DNA of 63,685 nucleotides, filler included, from Neoconidiobolus thromboides FSU 785 (taxonomy: Eukaryota > Fungi > Entomophthoromycota): the NCBI GenBank assembly GCA_025603075.1. It is 2 parts of 2 records of this genome, joined end to end, with 100 filler letters (N's around TTAATTAATTAA, not from the genome) between each part and the next. Parts side by side here need not be neighbours in the genome. Positions count along the whole stretch, not along the records: positions 31,840 to 63,685 come from MU626472.1; 1 more part is not named here. The stretch is one strand, 5' to 3'. Shown one piece after another: positions 57,143-63,685 of the stretch; the first letter of the stretch is position 1; each line of letters starts with the position of its first letter. Made by a program: the position numbers and the translations under genes. Under the pieces are notes generated by a model. The model ran no database searches and was not told the DNA's origin. It saw only the letters and a program-made list of their open reading frames with translations.

Positions 57143-58195
57143 TTAACAGTATGGAGGTAAAGGTAGTAATCCATTTAAAGGTAACAAATGCATAGCTGCC
57201 GATACTGGAAAATTTTCTTTATAACCACAGTTTGGATCCTCATCATACTCTTGACTACATTCAATTAACTCAGTTCTACCTAACCCAATATACCTTTCAT
57301 GAATTTCTGGTGCCGCATGAACATAGCCTCCGGATCTTGGTGGAAGATGGGGAACAACATCATTTCTATTAGAGTACCTGGTTATTGGTACGTCTAACTC
57401 TGCAATAAATTGGGCGAATGCTTCATTCCCTGGACGAGGAGAAGCATAGGCATATGCTTCAATCTTCCTTTGGTCATTTTTTGATCTAAGAAGAGAAACC
57501 CAATCTGGAAGCGAAATTGTTGCGGTTGAGGCTCCTAAACTATAACCAGTTATATGTAATGTAAAATCCTTGTATTTAGGATTATCAAGTAATTCGACAA
57601 CTGCATTGCGTACAGAAAAGTAATTGGAAAGATAATTAGAATAGAATCCATGGTGTACTTTTACACCTTGTTTTGCAGATGGTAGATCGATCATAGGATA
57701 TTCAAAATTAGTAACCCAGTTTTGAGCAGTTAAGGAGGCACGGTAAGAAACAAGGATTAATTTATCTTGTTCATCAGTAGCAACAGTTACTAATGAATCG
57801 AAGTCATCGTTTTGAAATATTTTGATATTCGTGAAAGTCTTTTTACAAAGACATTCTTGATTAAGAATTTTTTCTGCTGGGCATACAGAAATTAATGAGC
57901 GAGCTAAATTTTTACGAACATCTTCGATAGTACCACGCTTAACGTTTCTTGGCGAAGCTAATTTTTTTGGTGGCAGTTTTACAAATAATTTGTACAAGTC
58001 TTGAATAATGGAAGGCACAAATAAGTCTTTTAAAAACTTAACTATGTCATCTTTTAAAAAGTTACTGTCCTTAACTGCAAGAGAACGTGTATCAGCAACT
58101 ACTGAAGATAGCGATTCATTTTCAGTAATGTTTTTATATGAAGCAACAGTGGATACACCTAAAACAAATGCGAATAATTTAATGATTTTTACCAT
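57143..58195 (-). CDS. Secreted class-3 (Rhizomucor-type) triacylglycerol lipase with signal and pro-region, single exon
   Basis: Hydrophobic N-terminus, VSYRAS (lid region), KVHHGF, ITGYSLGAS (nucleophile elbow), RNDVVPHLPP and a C-terminal His. Confidence 0.9.
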   Translation of the reverse strand: MVKIIKLFAFVLGVSTVASYKNITENESLSSVVADTRSLAVKDSNFLKDDIVKFLKDLFVPSIIQDLYKLFVKLPPKKLASPRNVKRGTIEDVRKNLARSLISVCPAEKILNQECLCKKTFTNIKIFQNDDFDSLVTVATDEQDKLILVSYRASLTAQNWVTNFEYPMIDLPSAKQGVKVHHGFYSNYLSNYFSVRNAVVELLDNPKYKDFTLHITGYSLGASTATISLPDWVSLLRSKNDQRKIEAYAYASPRPGNEAFAQFIAELDVPITRYSNRNDVVPHLPPRSGGYVHAAPEIHERYIGLGRTELIECSQEYDEDPNCGYKENFPVSAAMHLLPLNGLLPLPPYC

Positions 58196-58611
58196 TGTAG
58201 TTTGTTTTCAAAAGTAGATTTGGACTATTGTTACATTTATATACTTCTGGGGATTTTTAATAAATAATAGCAATGGTTCCTATTCTATAACACAGTACAA
58301 TGACATAGATCTGATAAATCCCATGACTATTGTATTATTTTTTATTAGAAATTATAGCTAAAATAGTAAATAATTTTAGCTATCAAAATTAATTAGAGCA
58401 ATTAAATCAGGGATATAAATGAATTTAGAGCTGTCGAATTTTTGTGAGAACTTTGAATTACGAAGGTGGGAAATTAAGTTCCTCAATACAATACGAGGAA
58501 AAAGGGATGACTAAAAGCTCATTGAATGACTTATAATATAGTCTTAATAAAGCTATAAAAAACACAAATAGGGCATCGAATAAAGCCTTATTTTGAAAGA
58601 GTAGAAAAAGG

Positions 58612-58710
58612 TATAGGGATATATTTTTTCTGTTTAAGATTTTACTAACGATTTTATCACTCAAGTAGTGCTTGAAAGGCGGAAAAAGTGATGAGACCAA
58701 AAAACGCAAT
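58612..58710 (-). mobile_element. MITE-like element, copy 11 (B, one end decayed)
   Basis: TATAGGGATATATTTTTTCTGTTTAAGATTTTACTAACG...CTCAAGTAGTGCTTGAAAGGCGGAAAAAGTGATGAGACC. Confidence 0.75.
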
Positions 58711-58845
58711 GATAAAAATAATAAATCAAATGATAGAAGATTTAATTTAGCGCCAAGTAATAGTGTATTTGGAATTATTTATAACTAAATAGAAAAATAT
58801 ATCAATTGTTAATTCATTTTAAAACTTTATTGATATGATACAAAT

Positions 58846-59571
58846 TTAAGAATCAAATGCCTTAATAGCAGCGATTGCAGTAGATTGAGCACTTGCAGGA
58901 TTAGCTCCAGTAACTACCTTACCATCAGTAATATTAAAGTCAGCAAATGGAGTAGGAGGAGGGACATAGGTAGCATTGACACTAGCAGCACCATCTTCAA
59001 TAGTTGGAACATTAGCTTTCTTAATTGCATCCAATAAGTTTAATACAACTTCACCTTCAGTAGTAAATCCAGTGACTTTTTTTCCTGAAATGATTGGTTT
59101 TCCATTCTTATCTTTAATTCCAGGAAGAATGGCTGGCCCATGACAAACAGCTGAAACTACACCACCTCGAGCATAGATATCTTCTGCGATTTCTTGTAAA
59201 CCACGAGCCTTAGGGTAATCCCATAAAGTAGCATGTCCAGCAGAAGCAAAGAATAAACCATATTGAGATTTGTCTAAATCAGAGGCTTTATGAAGATGCT
59301 TGTTAAGCTTAACATTAAAGGAATGATTAGGATCATTATAAATCTTAAGGTCATCTCCGCTTAAAAAGTCTTTATCTAAAGAATGCTCATCCATTCCATA
59401 AGTTCCAGTTTCAGAAGCTAGATCTACTTCAAAACCAGCTTTAACTAACTCTTCGTAAGGATGTAAAGCTTCAGTATAAAATAACCCAGTTTTGCCACCA
59501 TCTTCGTATAATTCAATGTTACAACTAGTAATTGCAATGATAGCTTTTCTTGGTAACTGTGAAGAAGACAT
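58846..59571 (-). CDS. HSP31: DJ-1/PfpI family Hsp31-like glyoxalase III/chaperone, single exon
   Basis: KTGLFYTEALHP (catalytic Glu), FFASAGHA, VSAVCHGP (catalytic Cys-His) and VVTGANPASA motifs. Confidence 0.93.
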   Translation of the reverse strand: MSSSQLPRKAIIAITSCNIELYEDGGKTGLFYTEALHPYEELVKAGFEVDLASETGTYGMDEHSLDKDFLSGDDLKIYNDPNHSFNVKLNKHLHKASDLDKSQYGLFFASAGHATLWDYPKARGLQEIAEDIYARGGVVSAVCHGPAILPGIKDKNGKPIISGKKVTGFTTEGEVVLNLLDAIKKANVPTIEDGAASVNATYVPPPTPFADFNITDGKVVTGANPASAQSTAIAAIKAFDS

Positions 59572-60086
59572 GTTGTAAATCGATGGTTGTAAATTTAATA
59601 TACAATAAACTTGAATTGTTTTTATAATTGCTTGTACAATTTTTCTTGGTATTTATACTTTTTTAAAATTACGTAAGCTTGACTATGTTGAAAGTTAATT
59701 AGTAATAAATTTTATAAATTTGAACTTCAACTTAACGTAATATAAAAGCTAAACTTCAGTATTTCATAAAATATTACTAAATTATGCAATTTAATACAGA
59801 ATTTTCAGTCAATTGACTATCCATTTATAACATAGTTAAAATAAGCAATAAAGTGCATACAATAATTTGATTGTTAAATCTTGGTTAAGAATTAATAGTA
59901 ATTTTGATATATACCTGCTATATTTCTGTACTATTCGATAAAGTGAAATAATATTATTTATTAGAGAATTTTGTTTAAAACTATATAATTTAAATAACTA
60001 TTTCAAGCCCAACTTTTTATTTAAAAATAGGAACTTGATTCTAAATAGTTTTTCAATGTTAGCAATAGAGTTATAAAAACATGAAG

Positions 60087-60192
60087 ATATGGTGATGTAT
60101 TTTTCTGTCTAAAAATTTTACTGATAACCTTTCCATTCAAATAGCGACTAAAAATAGAAAAAGTGATGAAACCAAAAAAACATCCACACATA
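60087..60192 (-). mobile_element. MITE-like element, copy 12 (B)
   Basis: ATATGGTGATGTATTTTTCT...TTTTACTGATAACCTTTCCATTCAAATAGCG...GTGATGAAACCAAAAAAACATCCACACATA. Confidence 0.82.
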
Positions 60193-60248
60193 CTCACTCT
60201 ATTTTCAGAAATTAAAAAAATAATTAAGCTTTTAATTAATACCTTATA

Positions 60249-60354
60249 ATATAGGAATGTTCTTTTTGGTTTCATCACTTTCTCTATTTCTAAGCACTAT
60301 TTGAGCGGAAAGATTATTAGTAAGATTCTTAAATACAAAAATACACTCCCATAT
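60249..60354 (+). mobile_element. MITE-like element, copy 13 (A)
   Basis: ATATAGGAATGT...GGTTTCATCACTTT...AAGCACTATTTGAGCGGAAAG...TTAGTAAGATTCTTAAATAC...CACTCCCATAT. Confidence 0.85.
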
Positions 60355-61563
60355 ACTTTTAAATAAGCTTTTTATTTTTTATTGTCATTCACTATGCCTT
60401 ATTTTAAGTCTCTTCACTATTCTACTAAAAAGATTAATAGACGTTATTAGTTGAAAGTAGATATTTGGTAAAAAGCAAAAATTAGTTTAGCATTGCAATA
60501 TATGCCCTTATCGTGATAGATTTGCCCAAAATAGTAAAAAGTTTATGTAAAGACTAAAGATTCAATAATTTAATGGTAGAATATTTGATCTTGGTTGATT
60601 TTTCATACTTTAAAAAATACATGAACGCATGTATATTTGAATTCATCTTAAAATCTCTTATATAATGTTTAAAAGCACACCTCTTATTCATGAGTATTAT
60701 ATTAGTGAACTAAATGCCAATAATGAATTTATGCTTGTGACAATTCGAATATTTAATAAACAGTTTAATTTTAATGTCATCATCTTTAAATTAATAAAAT
60801 CGTAAAATCGTTTTTAGAAATATTACTTTTTTCGGTCCAAAACTAATTCTGGTTGATTTCAAACTGTTGTCATATTTTTTACATTACTAAATTATATTAA
60901 GTGTAAAACTAGACATTTTCAATTTTATATTTGCTAAATTTAATCATAGCAACTTCCCGTTTTTGTTTTCAACATAAAGTCGAAAGTGCCCAATTATACA
61001 CCTAACACAGTCTATTAATGCCCAATTATACAAGGACTGCTATTTATAAGTATTTTTTAAACAATATTGTACAACAATGTGTAGATGTCGAATATAAAAA
61101 TTGAGCTTTGAAACTAACGCCGAGTTTAGGAAAATTCGCTAATTTTTTTACGTACAGTTTTATACATTCTGATGTATGTAGAGTCATTTTATCAATACTA
61201 CTCAGAAATGTTCAGAAACCTTTGAAAAACTCATGGCAATAGAACTTTAGTTAAATTTCAGCGAAATTTTTCAAACTTTTGTATTAAATTTTGGCCTAGG
61301 TCTTTATTTTCAAACAAACAATCAAGGAGTTTAGATTGAAGTAGATGTAGAAGTTTAAGCATGAATTTGCAGTGACTAACAATATTTTTTATAACCAATA
61401 ATCTGTATCATTATACATATTTATAGTTTAATACCTAAACTTCTGTTTTAAAATGTGCAGCTAATCGTCATTCATTTGTACTTAAGCAGCTGTAAATGTA
61501 TTATTACACCACTTATAAAACCCTACCTTTTTATTAGTAACTTACAGCCATTCAAGCTCCAAC

Positions 61564-61658
61564 ATATGGGGATATATTTTTTTATTTAAGAATTTTACTA
61601 ATAACCTTTCCACTCAAATAGCACTTAAAAAATGGAGAAATCAAAAATACCCCCATAT
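61564..61658 (-). mobile_element. MITE-like element, copy 14 (B, ~11-bp internal deletion)
   Basis: ATATGGGGATAT...TTTTACTAATAACCTTTCCACTCAAATAGCACTTAAAAAATGGAGAAA..TACCCCCATAT. Confidence 0.85.
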
Positions 61659-61728
61659 GTTGTATAGTAATGATCATTGTAAGTAATAGCTTACATTGTT
61701 TCTCTAATATTAGGCATATAATTATATA

Positions 61729-61835
61729 ATATGGGGCTTTTTTTTTATTTCATTACTTTCTCCATTTTTTAAGTGTTATTTGAGTGGAAAGGTGTTGTTA
61801 GTAAAGTTCTTAAACAAAAAAATACATCTCCATAT
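61729..61835 (+). mobile_element. MITE-like element, copy 15 (A)
   Basis: ATATGGGGCTTT...CATTACTTTCTCCATTTTTTAAGTGTTATTTGAGTGGAAAG...TTAGTAAAG...ACATCTCCATAT. Confidence 0.85.
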
Positions 61836-63685
61836 GTTTTTTTATCTGGTTTTAACACAGTATAGCCATCCTAGTATGGAGTAACGCTAAACATGTTTAC
61901 ATAAGATGCTTGATTATTAAATTAGGAATTAGCTCTGCTCAAAATGATAAGTTATATTTTATTTACATAAAATGAATAGCTAGTCAACACATAGTTGAAC
62001 TTAATAATTATATCTTGTACTTTTTCTATTTAGTAAAGTACTATTCTTGGCTAAAAAATTTCAAACTTGGTATAACTCTTTTTAATAAGATAACCATGAA
62101 TACTAAAATGCTTATTTATTAATTCAAAGTACCTTACTCAGGCTTTTAGAAGGTTATTTTAAAAATAAAAATAAAAATATAAAAGTAAAAATCAATTATT
62201 AGAAAGGACTCAATTTGTATTTAAAATATAAAGCTAAATCAAATTAGTAAACAAATGCCTTTATTATTAAAGCAAATAGTATTTTATCAAAACACGCATA
62301 GGTTATCTTAAACAAACTATTTTAACATAAAACATAACAAGGTTTTAATTTTATCCACTTTTTTAAAAAGTCAATAAAACAACTAAGTGGTTTTCTAACA
62401 AAATAAATTAACCCATCAAGCGCATATGTATATTTACACTATACCCAAAAGTAGCTTCTAATCAATAGAGCTATAAATTTTATTAAATCAATTAATGACT
62501 AAATATTAACTATTGACTATGAAATATATAGCAACGCTGTTAACACAAAAAGTCAACCTTTAAGCGCCTTCTTCAAAAATTCAGAGATGCTTGAGGGATT
62601 AATAGTTTGAACTTGACTATGTTTAGAATAAAATCATTCAAGATTGATTTCTCATGGTTACAAAATATTATCTCTTCCATATATCCTGTTGCAAAAAGAG
62701 AATAGATTTGTAGAATTTTTCGAATTAAAGTAACAGGCTGCAACAGTAGGGGCTACTTTTTACAATGTTATTACTGTTTTTCCCAAAAAAATTCCAGTAG
62801 GATTAATTCTGCCATGAAAAATTGATTTTAGAAAGTTAACTCCTTATTAAAAGCTTAAGAATTGGATTTACTATTTAGCCAAACCACTGCTTTTTATATG
62901 ATTGAATTTTTGCAATAGGGTCATATCAGAAAACTTGGGAAAAAAATAATTGTTTAAAATTTTGTTCATAGCACTCACTTGTGATAAAAATTGTTTAAAA
63001 AGTTTACATTTTAGTTTGAGCTTAATTTTTGTTTTTTTAGATTTTGAAATTAAGCTAATAGTCAATGATACTTTATTTTATATTTCAATAGTAACTCCTT
63101 TAATATACCTTTTATAGCTGCTACAGACTTGTTAATATATTTGAAAATAAGCAGATAATTTTATTAAAATGCCAATATATTTTTAAGTTTAATTTTATAA
63201 TTTTTATAGTGCTATAGTTTTTTATAAAATATATAGCAAACTAAATGTTAGGGATTTCTGTAAGCTTCTTTTTTTAAATAAATCTTAACCATAAAGACTA
63301 CAGAATTAAATAAAAAGTGTAACTCTTGGTTTAAAATTTTGATATTTACAGTTAAAAGCCCAAACAAAAAAATAGAGCAGTTAAAAAAGCAGTAATTTGT
63401 TTATTTAAATAGCTTTGTTTTTATTTTTAGACTTTTTTCTAAAGATAATTAAATGGTATTTTATTATTGTCAATATAAAATTAAAATTAGATTGTTTTAT
63501 TAAGACATTATGAAATGGGGCTGTCCTAATTGGTTTCAGAATCTACTTAGAAATTAATCCAAATTTAAAATTTCAAGTTTGTGTCCAATATAACGGTTAA
63601 ATCTAAAAAGCCTAAAATTAAATGTCTCTATTTAAAACTTATTTTAATTGTTTCCTTTTCTTAAATAGCTAATTTTCCTAACTAT

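Overview
Gene-dense, very AT-rich eukaryotic DNA with many short (mostly 41-55 nt) GT-AG introns. It is most consistent with an early-diverging fungus, possibly Conidiobolus/Entomophthorales-like (inference; not checked by search). I reconstructed 20 protein-coding genes by hand-splicing: mitochondrial TyrRS, RIO1, IMPDH, HEM13/CPOX, ARB1/ABCF2, an Atg31-like orphan, RBM22/SLT11, ISA2, TBL1/SIF2, SPC1, VPS13, a PWWP protein, NIPA/Rsm1, PRP19, RMP1/NEPRO, TBC1D20/GYP8, STU2/XMAP215, SERCA, a class-3 lipase and HSP31/DJ-1. A 100-nt artificial scaffold linker lies at 31740-31839. The main unexplained structure is a ~106-bp dispersed element with 15 copies and 2 possible solo ends, all intergenic. 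It has ATAT|GGGG...CCCC|ATAT termini and nested internal dyad symmetry, and the copies are strongly clustered. One strand carries an intron-like 48-nt cassette (GT...TACTAAC...TAG); the other starts with an ATG and has a consensus-open 35-codon frame. No transposase, tRNA, rRNA or CRISPR array was recognised. Splice models were read by eye, so internal exon boundaries may be off by a few nt.
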